A stretch of DNA of 64,000 nucleotides from the NCBI RefSeq assembly GCF_006345805.1, contig NC_043001.1:44330001-44394000 (forward strand), given 5' to 3'. The position numbers and the translations under genes are program-made. The DNA comes from Octopus sinensis (lineage: Eukaryota). Below the pieces are notes generated by a model. The model had not been told where the DNA came from. It made no database searches and worked only from the letters and a program-made list of their open reading frames with translations. Shown here one piece after another: positions 51,092 through 64,000 of this stretch. Each line of letters starts with the position of its first letter. The stretch's first letter is position 1.

Positions 51092-52789
51092 ACACACACA
51101 CACGCTCATCACATACACAATCGCATTAATGTGCGTACATCTTATCTGCTATCTTTTGCTTCAGTCATTGTTTTACGACCATGCTGGGGCACTGCTTTGA
51201 AGCGTTTTAGTCGAACAGCAGTACTAATGTTTCTTCCTTTTTTTTTAGCCCAGTACTTATCCTATCGGTCTTTTTCACAGAACCGCTAGGTTACGGGTCG
51301 TAAACAAACCAACATCGGTTGTCAAGCAGGTGTGAATAAACACATACATAAAGACACACACATATAAATATTTATATACATGAGGGCTTTCCACACTTTC
51401 GGGACATTGGTAGAGGACACTTACCCAGAAGTGCCGCGTAGTGAGACTGAACCCGAAATCCATTCTTAACCACACAGTTAAGCCTGCACCAAAACACTGC
51501 CAAACATGCACTTAGTTCTGTAATTCTGTATTGCAAAATCTAAAGAGAGCTGTTCCGTCTTTTTTCTGCACTTGTATGCCGAGTAATGTTTTTTTTTTTC
51601 CATTTTTAAATTATTCATTTATTTATTTGGTTATTTAGCCCCCAACTCATTTGCAAAATAAATAATTACATCAGCCGTAAATGTAAATAACAAAAGTAGG
51701 ATTGAGAATGAATATGCCGAGATGTTTATTCCGGTGTTCTAATTTTGCTACTTACCGTAAGACTTAAAACCAATTCTAACATTAGATGAAGGCTTTGAAT
51801 ATTTAAATCAAGTTTATATGTCAATATAAATCCTTTATAATATAGGCACAAGGCTTGAAATTATGGGAGAGCGGTCTGGTAGATTACATTGACCCAATAT
51901 TCATCTGGTACTTATTTTATCGCCATCGAAAGGATGAAAGGCAAAGTCGACCTCGGCGGAATTTGAGCTCGGAATATAAAGACGGATGAAATGCCGCAAA
52001 GCATTTCGTCCGGCATGCTAACAATTTTGCCGGCTTGCAGGCAAACTAGAATGTTGGATGAACAGAAGGGTGGAGCTTTGGACAAAATGCTCTGCGGTAT
52101 TTTTTTTTTCGGCTCTTTACTTTCTGAGTTCAAATCCCGCAGAGGTCAACGTCATCATTCATCCTTTCGGGATCGATAAAAGAAACTAGGAGTCAAGTAC
52201 TGCTGTTAATGTTACCGACTAACCTCCAAACCTCAATAGCGCTAGCCTTGTGCCTAAACAAGAAGCCATTATAGGCAAGGTATATCAGAATGATTTGAAC
52301 TGAGATAAATAAAGGAGTATCTTATAATAATTCTGCTTCTTCCTCCGTTACTTAGCCCGTCCGTAACGCTTCCACGTAATTAGCTGAGGGGGAGGGGTAG
52401 GGCGGAAGGTGAGAGATGGGGAAGGGAAGGCGGAGAGGTGGTGGTGAATGAAATGTATAATTTTTAATTTCTGTTTTTTTTTTCTTCGTTACTTAGACTA
52501 TCTGTAATACTTTCACGTGGTTAGTTGAAGGGAAAGGCGCAGAGCGAACGAAAAAGGAAAGAGAAAAAGAGATTAAGGCGAAGAGTAAAAGAGAAAGAAG
52601 GACAGTGCTATGTATTAAGTCTATAAAATTGTGCATAAAGTATGTAAAGTGCATTAAGTAATCATCGTATTCCAATTTCCTTCACTTTTCAATGATTAGC
52701 AGATGAGCGACTATCTTTTGATACAGACACAGCACAGGTTACGCTTTCAGGGTTTTTGGACAAAGTTTTCAGTATGTTTACCATTAATT

Positions 52790-52817
52790 CCGTGGAATAT
52801 TCACGGGTCCCGCTAGT
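52790..52817 (+). mobile_element. Helitron-like 3' terminus
   Basis: CCGTG-gaatatt-CACGG hairpin, 6-nt spacer, CTAG|T. No 5' end identified. Confidence 0.45.
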
Positions 52818-55297
52818 ATCTAAATATTATAAGACGTGTTCAGCAATGTAGCGGTTCTGCTAACTCCATTCTTTATTAACCATTGCCGTCAAAGATACAA
52901 GGGTGGGGACAATACAAGGACAGATAAGGGATCGGAGAACGAATGATACAAAATGATACACAATTAAAAATAATGATGGGTGAGTGTATGATCGGATGAA
53001 TTAACAAAAATGGAGTGAGGGACATGGTCGACCCCCCCCACAAACCACATTTCAACACTGAATATTTAGTAGACCTCTTATGTTCTCGCTCAAACAGGTT
53101 CATTCACACTCAACACACTTGCTACAGTCTTCCATCCTTTCTGAAACATTCCGTGTGACAGGCATCTCTTCTCCAGCCTTATTTTTCTTTTCATGTGGAA
53201 AAGAAACAAGTTAAACCGACCCAAGGCTGGAGATGAAAATGCCTGTCACGATCCCTCTCACTCGCGTCTTCCATACTACCTCCTTCGCAGTAGCTACTGC
53301 AGTAGCGATTCTGATAACTGCCTGCTTAGCAGTGGTTTGCAGTAATTTTTAACATCGACGCAAGATTACAAATTTAAGAAGAGGGTTATTTCGATTAATT
53401 CGACTCCAGTACTGGACTGATATTTATTTTAACGAACTGAAAAGGATGGAAAACAATGTTGACCTCGACAAAATTTGAAATCAAAATGTACAGAAACGTA
53501 AGTAATTACCGGAAGGCATATTGTCCAACGCTCTAACGAATATACCAGTCAACTGCCTCCTTAATGTTAATACTTCTACTAATATGGCTATCAACTAAAA
53601 AATAAACCTTTACATTGCAAATGGAATCTAATCGTTCAGTCATGTATTTATTATTTAATGGCTGGTTCAGCATTTTATTTAAATTTCTTTTTCAAATTTA
53701 TTTTATGTTTGTGTACAAAGGCCTGCATGTCTTTCAGTTATTCAATTTTATCGTCTGCCTTCTCTCAACATTATTTACGTTTTTTCTCTTGTCTTATTTC
53801 TTCTGTTTTTATTTATCTTCATTGTTTTTTTCTCTTTGATTTATTTCTTTTTCGTCTAACTCCCCTTGATTCTTTCGTTCATTTTTCATTTTATATTATT
53901 TTCTGTGTTTTTTCTTTCTCCTTTTTCACATCGTTGTTCGCTTCATTTTTGTTGGGGTTTTTTTTCATACTTTTCTTTATTGTTTTATTGACAATTATTC
54001 TGCTCTAAATACTCCTTCAATAACACAATATATTTCTTTTTTTTTTTTAAATTAAACATTTATAAAATATAAAAAGTGAGTGGAAAAAAAGGAATAGGAA
54101 GAAAAAATTCTAATGAAAAAAAAAAGAAAATTTGAATGAATAAAAACTATCAGGAAAAAAATTAATAAAAAATTTCAAATGGAAGCAAAAATAAAAACAA
54201 AAATATCTGAATGAATATAAGGTATTTTGTAAAAATTGGAGTAAACGAATAAATGAAAAAAGAATTTTTAAAAGATTAGAATAAATATAAAATGTTAATG
54301 GATGAAATCGAAAGAATGAGGTAAGTAAGAAATATTTGAAGGAAAGAATTTTTAAATGAAGTGAGTGAAAATATTTTTAAATAAAAAGAAAAGTATTCGA
54401 AAGAATGAGGAAAATGATAATACGTATATGAAAGACAGAATTTTAAATGAATTAAAGATAAAAATTGTGAATAAATAAAAGAAAAGGTATTCAAAAGAAT
54501 AGAGTAAGAAATACGAAAGTCATTTCTCTCTCTCTCTCTCGATTTTGAAAGTTTTATGAATGTCAAGTATTTTAAGAGGCGGGACATGGATAGGCTAAGT
54601 TGGAACGCCGGATGAAATGCCTTGCGGAACTTATTCCACCTCTTTGCGTTTTTCAGCCGAGGTCAGCTTTATTTTCATCCTTCCCAAATCAATAAAATTA
54701 CTAGTCTAAAATAGCGAACTTGCGGAATCGTTTAAGCATGGCAGTATTTGTTCCGGCTCTTGTAATCTTATTTCACATCCTCCGGTAACTTACTTGGGTC
54801 ATGCACTGGTTCTATTTCACTTCCTTCGCTATCTTTAACGCCAGAACCTGGCCCTTGTGTGCTTTTAACGAAATCCATTCTTTTGTAAGTATTCGAGCCA
54901 GGACTCCTGTTCGGAGATGCCTTCCTTTTTTCTTTCCACCAATATTGGTGGCCCTGTATAAGGTCATGAAATACTGAACTTTCCTTCTGGGTAAGTGATA
55001 TCAAATAGATAAATAAATAAGATAGAAATAATATTAGTTTCAAATTCTGGCACAAGGCCAGCAACTTCAGGGGAAGGGGTGAGTAGATTACATTGACCCC
55101 AGTACTCAACTGGCACGAATTAAAACAGAAATAATGTTTGTATTTTCAAAAGATTAGAAGGAGACAAAAACTATATGTATAAGGAAGAATAACATAAAAA
55201 TCCTTTAAGAAAGAATTTCAAATTTAGTAAATTAAGGAATATACTTTGTTTTGTTATACAGTATATACTCTAATAAAATATATACAATATACTAAAG

Positions 55298-55630
55298 CAA
55301 TGGTTCCCAACCAGGTCCGTATGACCCCTAAGGGCCCATATAAGATTTTTGGGGGTTCACGCAGCCAAAATAGTGAACTGGAGCTCCACAATTGTATTTT
55401 AGGGATCCGTGAAAAATTTCGCTTTAGATGTACGAAACAACTAGGTATTTTTCTCTGATATTTTACGTAGTCCAACCTACATAATTTAATGTATGAAAAA
55501 CAAACTAGGAATTTTGAAAGAAGTACCTATAAAACTAGTTTATCATTATCGAAAGGCTATGGGGGCGGGGACACCAGAATAAAACAGTTGTCACAGGAGT
55601 CTATAGATAAACAATGGTTGAGAAATATTA
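55298..55630. mobile_element. Decayed hAT-type MITE
   Basis: Left end CAATGGTTCCCAACC, right end GGTTGAGAAATATTA. 8-bp flanks TACTAAAG / CACTAAAG. Confidence 0.72.
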
Positions 55631-55674
55631 CACTAAAGTATATACTTCATTAAAGTCTCTTGCCAAAATAAAGT

Positions 55675-55844
55675 ATTACTCTTTTAGTTGTTTCAGTCAT
55701 TTGACTGCGGCCATGCTTGAGCACCGCCTTTAGTCGAGCAAATCGGCCCCAGGACTTATTCTATCGGTCTGTTTTGCCGAACCGCTAAGTTACAGGGACG
55801 TAAACACACCAGCATCGGTTGTCAAGCAATGTTGGGGGGACAAG

Positions 55845-55876
<32 letters not shown>

Positions 55877-56057
55877 CACACATATATATACATACATATA
55901 TACGACGGGCTTCTTTCAGTTTCCGTCTACCAAATCCACTTTGGTCGACCCACGGCTATAGTAGAAGACACTTGCCCAATGTGCCACGCAGTGGGACTGA
56001 ACCCGGAACCATGCAGTTGGTAAGCAAGCTACTTACCACACAGCCACTCCTACGCCT
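55675..56057 (-). mobile_element. tRNA-derived SINE, family A
   Basis: Collinear with 5811-6222, with small internal deletions. Confidence 0.85.
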
Positions 56058-56469
56058 AACTTTTAAAAATAACTTTATCCTAAGCACACCAACAACCTTA
56101 TTATTCTACGTATGTAGATTTAACCTTAAGGAATTATGACCAAGAACTGTCTCCGTTCCATTTGAAACAACATACTTATTAGAATCTGGATTAAGGTCTT
56201 CTTTGTCGAGAGAAAAATCTAGGAATTACCTGAATCCAAAGACAAGACTTGTGGATTGCAGTCAACAGGAAAGTTTTACGTTTTAATAAAGTAATGAATG
56301 AGAAACCGGAACAAAGAATTTTTTTTACTTCGGAAGAGTCATTACACCAGTAATAGACACACGCGCAGGCTATGTTTCACTTATTATTAGTAGTAGTTTT
56401 CAAATCTGTAATATTTACCCGAATAACTAATGGATTGTTTGATTAATCGTTAAATGTTTATGAATTGAC

Positions 56470-57655
56470 GGATCTTGAGGGTGAACAAATTGCTCTAAAA
56501 AGATAAGCTGTTAACCCAGTTAATAAAAAATGAAATGTCAATTAAGCAATTAGTAAAATACTGGACACAGTGATATCGTTCAAATAGTGACTTCTTTATT
56601 CCTTGTTGTATTTGGTTTGAAAGATTCTTGATGTGGATTCGTGTGTTATAACAAATTTTTCTGTACATCGGGCGAGTTATAATGTTAATAATAAAAGTAC
56701 GCACTGGTTCTAATCCCCAACTTTTATTATTATAAGTCAATTCAGATCTTTACCTTTTGACCAACAGATTTTTAAAATAATTTTTTGTAACTAAACACTT
56801 TCAAACTTCATATACTGGTAGAATGTGTCATATAAAATACCTTTTACTCTTAGCGTTTTGGAGAAAAGTTTATGTTTATAAAGTTATTTCATGTTGAAGT
56901 TCTCGTATTTCGTTAATTTCAACCAATCAATAACATGTATTCAGCTGAATAAAATTACTGCCGTTGTTTGTCAACAACAACTATCGGCGGCGTATTTTTC
57001 GTTTGTCACTGTTATTTATGACATCGTTCGTGCGTTTGTACTGCTTTTAGCTTTACGGTTTTAGGGTTAGGATTTTGGGGTTAGAGTTAGGGTTTTAGGG
57101 TTAGGGTTGTAATAAATAACAGTGAAAAACGAAATATACACCGCCGGAAGTTCATGTTGACAAACAACGGCAGTGATTTTATTCAGCTGAATACACGTCA
57201 TTGATTGGTTGAAATTACCGAAATACGACAACTTCAACACGAAATAACTTTATCAACATAAACTTTTCTCAAAAACGCTAAGAGTAAAAGGTGTTTTGTA
57301 TGACACATTCTACCAGTATACGAAGTTTGAAAGTGTTTAGTTACAAAAAATTATTTTTTAAACCTGTTGGTCAAAAGGTAAAGATCCGAATTGACTTATA
57401 ATAATAAAAGTTGGGGATTAGAACCAGTGCGTACTTTTATTATTAACATTATAACTCGCCCGATGTACAGCAAAATTTGTTATAACACACGAATCCACAT
57501 CAAGAATCTTTCAAACCAGATACAACAAGGAATAAAGAAGTCACTATTTGAACGATATCACTGTGTCCAGTATTTTACTAATTGCTTAATTGACATTTCA
57601 TTTTTTATTAACTGGGTTAACAGCTTATCTTTTTAGAGCAATTTGTTCACCCTCA
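56470..57655. repeat. ~1.18-kb palindrome: a long-TIR MITE (56744-57387) plus a 268-bp inverted duplication of its right flank
   Basis: 56476-56743 is the reverse complement of 57388-57655. GAATTGAC occurs at 56462-56469 and 57388-57395. GGATCTT at 56470-56476. Confidence 0.93.
56744..57387. mobile_element. Long-TIR MITE with (A/G)GATCTTT termini and central degenerate TTAGGG tract, related to the 24-25 kb MITEs
   Basis: Shares the subterminal block CACATTCTACCAGTATACGAAGTTT...TTTAGTTAC and the block TTGATTGGTTGAAATT with the 24-25 kb copies. TTAGGG variants lie at about 57058-57108. Confidence 0.85.
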
Positions 57656-57702
57656 CTATTGTATGTGGCCCACTTAATAACAACAATAACAACAACAACA
57701 AC

Positions 57703-57748
<46 letters not shown>

Positions 57749-58153
57749 GGCGCAGGAGTGGCTGTGTGGTAAGTAGCTTGCTTACCAACCACATGGTTCT
57801 GGGTTCAGTCCCACTGCGTGGCACCTTGGGCATGTGTCTTCTACTATAGCCTCGGGCCGATCAAAGCCTTGTGAGAGGATTTGGTAGACGGAAAATGAAA
57901 GAAGCCCGTCGTATATATGTATACATGTGTATATATGTGTGTGAATATGTTTGTGTCTCTGTGTTCTTCCCCCCCCACCCAACATCGCTTGACAACCAAT
58001 GCTGGTGTGCTTACGTCCCCGTAACTTAGCGGTTCGGCAAAAGAGACCGATAGAATAAGTACTAGGCTTACAAAGAGGTCGATTTGCCCGACTAAAGGCG
58101 GTGCTCCAGCATGGCCGCAGTCAAATAACTGAAACAAGTAAAAGAGTAAAAGA

Positions 58154-58155
<2 letters not shown>
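57749..58155 (+). mobile_element. Full-length family A SINE inserted in an (AAT)n tract
   Basis: Head GGCGCAGGAGTGGCTGTGTGGTAAGTAGC, tail GTAAAAGAGTAAAAGAG, (AAT)n on both sides. Confidence 0.92.
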
Positions 58156-58219
<64 letters not shown>

Positions 58220-59014
58220 TAATAATAATAATAATAATAATAATAAATTAGTTATTGGAAAATTTATTCTTTTATCTGTAAACGTGATATTAATTTTGTA
58301 GGGTGTGCCAAAATTAAGCAAATATTTGCTGTGGGTGCCGGGGGTAGAGCATCACCTATGATGTCTTGCAATAATTATTTACAGTTCTTAACGTACAGAG
58401 TTCAAGACCCGCTGAGGTCCAACTTTGTTTTTCATCTACCAAGGATCGATAAAATAAGTATGGGTTAAGTATTGGCGTCGGTGTAATGGACTATATCAGA
58501 CGGTAGCAAATTTCCTGACCTTGTTGCAATACAAGCAACCATTATTACAAATAGAGAAACATGTTAAACGTGTGTGTATGTGTGTGCGCGTGTATGCGTG
58601 TGTGTGTGTGTGTATTTGTGTGTGTGTGCGTGTGTGTGCGTGCGTGTGTGTGTGTGCGCGTGTGTATATATGTATCTGATGAAAGATGTTGAAGTCGTTG
58701 TTCTTGTTGATGTCGCCGTTTTTGTTTTTGTTGTTTAGTCCCCGATCAGCCAAGAATCGAGAAGACCTAATTGCAAAGGCACTCCTGCTTTGATACTTTT
58801 CTTCCGAAGATGTATAGAATATATCCTGAGTTTTCTCACAATATATATATATATAAAACCAGCTGAAATTGCAAAGATAATCTGGAACTCGACTGAAGAA
58901 AGAAACCTCCGAATGACCCATCCTTGTTTTCTTTGTATAGTCTATATGGATGTTTTGTTGTCCCTTTCTTATATCACCTGTCTGGATGTTTTGCGTTCTT
59001 GTCCCATTTTTTAT

Positions 59015-59099
<85 letters not shown>

Positions 59100-59510
59100 A
59101 TGTATGTATGTATGTATGTATGTATGTATGTATAGAACTACATTATTTAATGCCTTTCTCTTTATAAGACAGTGGGATATAATCTGAAGAAAGGAAACAC
59201 GGCTGCTATTTCTTGTTGCCTGAAATGTGCATCTGTTTATTTGTATATTTGTAATCCGGGATAGTTTGGTATATTTCTCTGCGTGAGAGAGATTGCGCGC
59301 GCACGCGAATGTATGTGTGTGCTTTTAGGCATGTTTATGCTGGAGAAGGGAAGCGATCGTGTGTATGTGTTTGTCCATTGGTATGTATGTATGTATGTAT
59401 GTATGAGGCGATACCTATGCCTCTGCGTGACAGTTTGTGAGACTGTCCGTCTCTGTGTAAGAAAAAAAAGGAGAAAGCTCTGTGCGTGCGTTGGTGTGTA
59501 TGCATGTAAT

Positions 59511-59541
<31 letters not shown>

Positions 59542-59848
59542 GAATCTATGCGATCAAGTGTGTAAACTGGGACCATTCCCAGTTTCTCTGCACAGTTATA
59601 TGCGAGATGAGGTTGGCGTGAAAAGGTCCCCTTAAATGTGGATGGGAAGGTATTTTAAAAGTTTCCTTCCGCTAAATTAAGGTCCCTCGAGGTATGAAAA
59701 TTTAAATTAAAAATTAAAAACCATTTTGGCCTCTCCCCTTTTTACTCCTGACTATCTGGTGCTGGGTGTGTACATACATACACACAATACACACATGCAC
59801 ATATATATGTACATATATAAACATATGTGTATATATATATACATATAT

Positions 59849-59891
<43 letters not shown>

Positions 59892-60144
59892 TACATACAT
59901 ACATATATACATACATACAAACAGACAGACATGCACGCGCTCGCAAGGAAGGCTAAGTGTACATGATTATAATTGAAATATTTTTTGTTTTTGTCAGTTT
60001 TTTTTCATAATAGTTTTCAGCTTTAATTTTATTTGAGACTTTGTGTGCTTTTTCATAAAGTAAAAAATTACAACAATCCTAAAATAATAATAAATGTTGT
60101 TAGAGATTCGTGTTTTAATTTGAAATTGAAAGAAATACATAAAC

Positions 60145-60232
<88 letters not shown>

Positions 60233-60810
60233 TGTGTGTGTGTGTGTGTATATAATGTATATGTATATGTATATATGTATATGTATATTATATATATATA
60301 ATATATATATATATATAGTTATATATATATATATGTATATGTATATGTATTATATATGTATATACATATATATATATATCTATATACATACATATATAAA
60401 TATATATGCATGCATAGATATACATATATATACATACATATATATATAAATGTGTGTATATGTATATGTATAAACACACACAAGAAAAGCAAACAAATGC
60501 ATGGAATATTTTTAAAACTTTTATATGACTTTTAAAAAAATGTTTTTAAATAAACTGTTCCTTTCCCATACAGTTACTAAATCTATTTATTTACCTCTGT
60601 ATGTCAACAACAAAACGAAAACAACTAAATGTCAGTGAGTTTGTATGGGTGCCAATCTGTTTGTCTACATGGTTATTCTCCGACATATCTACATAATTAC
60701 ATACATGCATATGCGTGTGGTGTGGTGGTGTGTGGTGTGTGTGTGTACGCGCGCGTATGCATAGGTGTTTATGCTTACAATCACATACATATATATACAC
60801 ACACGTATAT

Positions 60811-60854
<44 letters not shown>

Positions 60855-61113
60855 CATACATACATACATACATACATACATACATACTACATACATACAT
60901 ACATACATACATACATGCATACATACATACATATATACATACATACATACATGCATACATACATACATACCAATGGACAAACACATACATATGATCGCTT
61001 CACTTCTCCAGCATAAACATGCATAAAAGCACACACATAGGTGGTGCTATTAAGTTAGACATGGCCTGGGTCAATACTGGCCAAAACCTTTCTAAGTTAT
61101 TCTTTTTTCTAAG

Positions 61114-61175
<62 letters not shown>

Positions 61176-61439
61176 GTATGTATGTATGTATGTATGTATA
61201 TGTGTGTGTGTGTATGTGTATTTCTTAGTCTGTGCAGAAATATAGTACACTCAATTCAAAGTAAGGTGTAAATTATATTAGTAAATCGTCATAAAGGCTA
61301 ACTGTTCGTAGGCATAAACTGGATTTCGAGATGGAAAATATTTGTGATTTTGAATCATAAACCCATTCATGGTATATTTATTTCAACCAGAACGTGGCTG
61401 TGAGCTGATGTTTAATGAACAGTACAAGGGACATTGTTG

Positions 61440-61870
61440 TAAAGTATAATGTCAAGGTTAACTTCCCCTTCCATCTTTTCAGAGGTTTTTAGATACAATA
61501 CGTTTCACTGTTCTACAGCCTTTCTCTGTCAGCTTTGTCTTCCATCCAGAATCGTTAGCTCGAGTTGGTTTTACGCTGCTTTTACAATGACAGAATGATT
61601 TCAGAGTCTGTATCTCTCGAAACATTTAATAATTCACCAGTTTCAGTGAGTCAGAATGGCTGTTCCAGTGCATCTCCTTCTCCGGAGCAACGCCTTTTTC
61701 ATTTTTGTCTGCTGGGATCATGAGGCAATCTGAATTACAGGAGATTGTACGATCTACACCTTGATGTAAAGTTACTTCTCATAAATTGCTCTGTTTCAGT
61801 GACTGAAGTTCCAGCCATCTGTGCTTCAACAATTTGTCCTCTTTGGAATTCAAATTGATTGCACATTTTA
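61440..61870 (-). mobile_element. Decayed Tc1 transposase N-terminal fragment
   Basis: Minus strand MCNQFEFQRGQIVEAQMAGTSVTET and, later, SGWKTKLTEKGCRTVKRIVSKN, resembling the Tc1 HTH region. Confidence 0.7.
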
Positions 61871-61987
61871 ACTTATTTAAATATAAATATCTGCAAGAAA
61901 ACGATAAAGGAATGCTATATCATGAAGTACAACGCATACATAATGCACACGAATGCATATATACAGACTGAAACAGTTATGAATATG

Positions 61988-62402
61988 ACGTCAGGAGTGG
62001 CTGTGTGGTAAGTAGCTTGCTAACCAACCACATGGTTCCGGGTTCAGTCCCACTGCGTGGCATCTTGGGCAAGTGTCTTCTGCTATAGCCCCGGGCCGAC
62101 CAATGCCTTGTGAGTGGATTTGGTAGACGGAAACTGGAAGAAGCCTGTCTTATATATGTATATATATATGTATTTGTGTGTATATGTTTGTGTGTCTGTG
62201 TTTGTCCCTTCTAGCATTGCTTGACAACCGATGCTGGTGTGTTTACGTCCCCGTCACTTAGCGGTTCGGCAAAAGAGACTGATAGAATAAGTACTGGGCT
62301 TACAAAGAATAAGTCCCGGGGTCGATTTGCTCGACTAAAGGCGGTGCTCCAGCATGGCCGCAGTCAAATGACTGAAACAAGTAAAGGAGAGAATAAAAGA
62401 GA
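61988..62402 (+). mobile_element. Full-length family A SINE
   Basis: Head CAGGAGTGGCTGTGTGGTAAGTAGCTTGC...GGTTCAGTCCC and the complete tail. Confidence 0.92.
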
Positions 62403-62731
62403 GAAATATTTTTCTCCAATCCATATGTATGTATACACACACACTCACACACATACACACACACACACACATTCTTTAATTCTTTTGCTTATTTCAGTCA
62501 TTTGACTGTGCCCATGGTGGAGCACTGCTTTGATGGGTTTTAGTCAAACAAATTGATCCCAGGACTTATTTCTTTTTTAAAGCCGGGTACTTATTCTATT
62601 GGTCACTCTTTGCCAAATCGCTAGGTTACAGGGACGTAAACACACACAGGCACACACACACATACACACACACACACACACACATAAAAGATACGAGGAA
62701 TTTTCGTCAGGGTGCCTCTTTTTTCTTTTCT

Positions 62732-62848
<117 letters not shown>

Positions 62849-63928
62849 GAGTGAGTGGACAAACGAAAGAAAGCTGTTGGATAAGCGTCACGCTTTGAAA
62901 ATTTAAGTTCCACGGAATTTGAATGAAACTGTTTTGATCTGCACGCACACACTAAAAGGCGGTGTTCCAGCATGGCCGCAGTCAAATGACTGAAACAAGT
63001 ATAATCATAAAAGAATATAATATATAATATATATGAATATATATCCGACTGCGTATCCATCAGTCATCTTATTTTGCTATTTATCTAACTAAATCTCCAC
63101 CTTTTTGTTCGTGTATAGCTATCTGTCTGTCTCTATTTGTGCTTGATTTTCTTGTCTGTGGCCAACATTCCATCCTTCCATTCCTGTATGTTTCCTACCC
63201 CCATCACCCATCACCCATCACGTTATCTTACAATAAACAAATAAATAAATTTTAAAAATCCAAAAATCAACAAATCAGAAATGAAATCTAGAACAAAAAG
63301 CAACAACTAACACACAAGCTAATATCAACAAACAAGCAAACAAATAACCCGTTTTTTTTTCTTTCTCTCTTTTAAGGCTATGGGACGATAGAGTTAGACC
63401 CCACAACAAACTAGACCTTTAACCGCCATCACCATAGCCACCACAATCGACAAGATCCAGCAACACCGCTAACCACGTGCTCCTCCTAATAACAGATCTG
63501 GTTGAGACTCCCAAACGCTGTCCTATTCTCAACATACCTCACGCTCATGCTCTGTTCCCGCTTTCAATCGGAAGCTATTCTCAATTTCTCGCTTCTCTTC
63601 ACATTTCTTTTATTCATTTATTTACTTATTTATTGTTTGAAAATGCTGCGAGGTGAATTGTTTTTTTTTTTTGTTTCGTTTTGATTTTAAAGAAGAAAAA
63701 AAATAAGACAAATTTATTCATTTCTTTATTCATGTTTAGGTATTTAGTTCTTGAGTTATTTTGTTGCTGGGTTTTTTCCCCCCCTAAATGATATAAGGTT
63801 GTAAGTTGGCTTAGTTTGGATATGGCGTTCAGTTTGGGGTTGTATATATGTGAAGTGGGAACACTTTAATTCGTATTTCTTTCCCTTTTACTTTTCTGAG
63901 ACACAGAGGAGAATTCTTCGTTGTTTTG

Positions 63929-63990
<62 letters not shown>

Positions 63991-64000
63991 CATCATTATC

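Noticed and set aside
57749-57830. SINE heads as functional tRNA genes
   Set aside because: A and B boxes are present, but there is no complete cloverleaf, and they continue into the shared SINE body.
58885-58925. CTGAAGAAAG-aaac-CTCCGAATG possible decayed hammerhead
   Set aside because: GAAA and stem III are broken. At best a relic.

Overview
AT-rich, microsatellite-saturated animal genomic DNA. The repeat families (tRNA-headed SINEs resembling octopus OK/OR SINEs, very dense TA/CA/TATG/GATA/AAT/TAG arrays) point to an Octopus-type cephalopod genome; this is inference. No complete host gene is recognisable: most listed ORFs are microsatellite translations, and only a few isolated candidate exons are visible. 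The window is a layered mobile-element landscape. DNA transposons: DD37D (maT) and DD34E (Tc1) remnants, GG-terminal MITEs with 8-bp TSDs that carry (TTAGGG)n, a hAT MITE and Helitron-like termini. Retroelements: a decayed RTE LINE with three C-terminal C2H2 fingers, an RLE-type LINE tail, a Neptune-type Penelope element with an inverted pLTR, and two Tx1/L1-like insertions stacked at one site in a SINE head. The strongest signal is a set of type I hammerhead ribozymes. Two intact ones with a compensatory U3:A8 core lie 367 nt apart in a non-coding ~360-bp tandem array (42.05-43.13 kb), a retrozyme-like architecture predicting a self-excised, possibly circular RNA. A related 363-bp unit sits at 11.6-12.0 kb, and further hammerheads lie at 28.7, 38.8/40.8 and 41.8 kb. 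All folds and alignments were done by eye and need computational confirmation. Some frameshifts and homopolymer differences may be long-read assembly errors.
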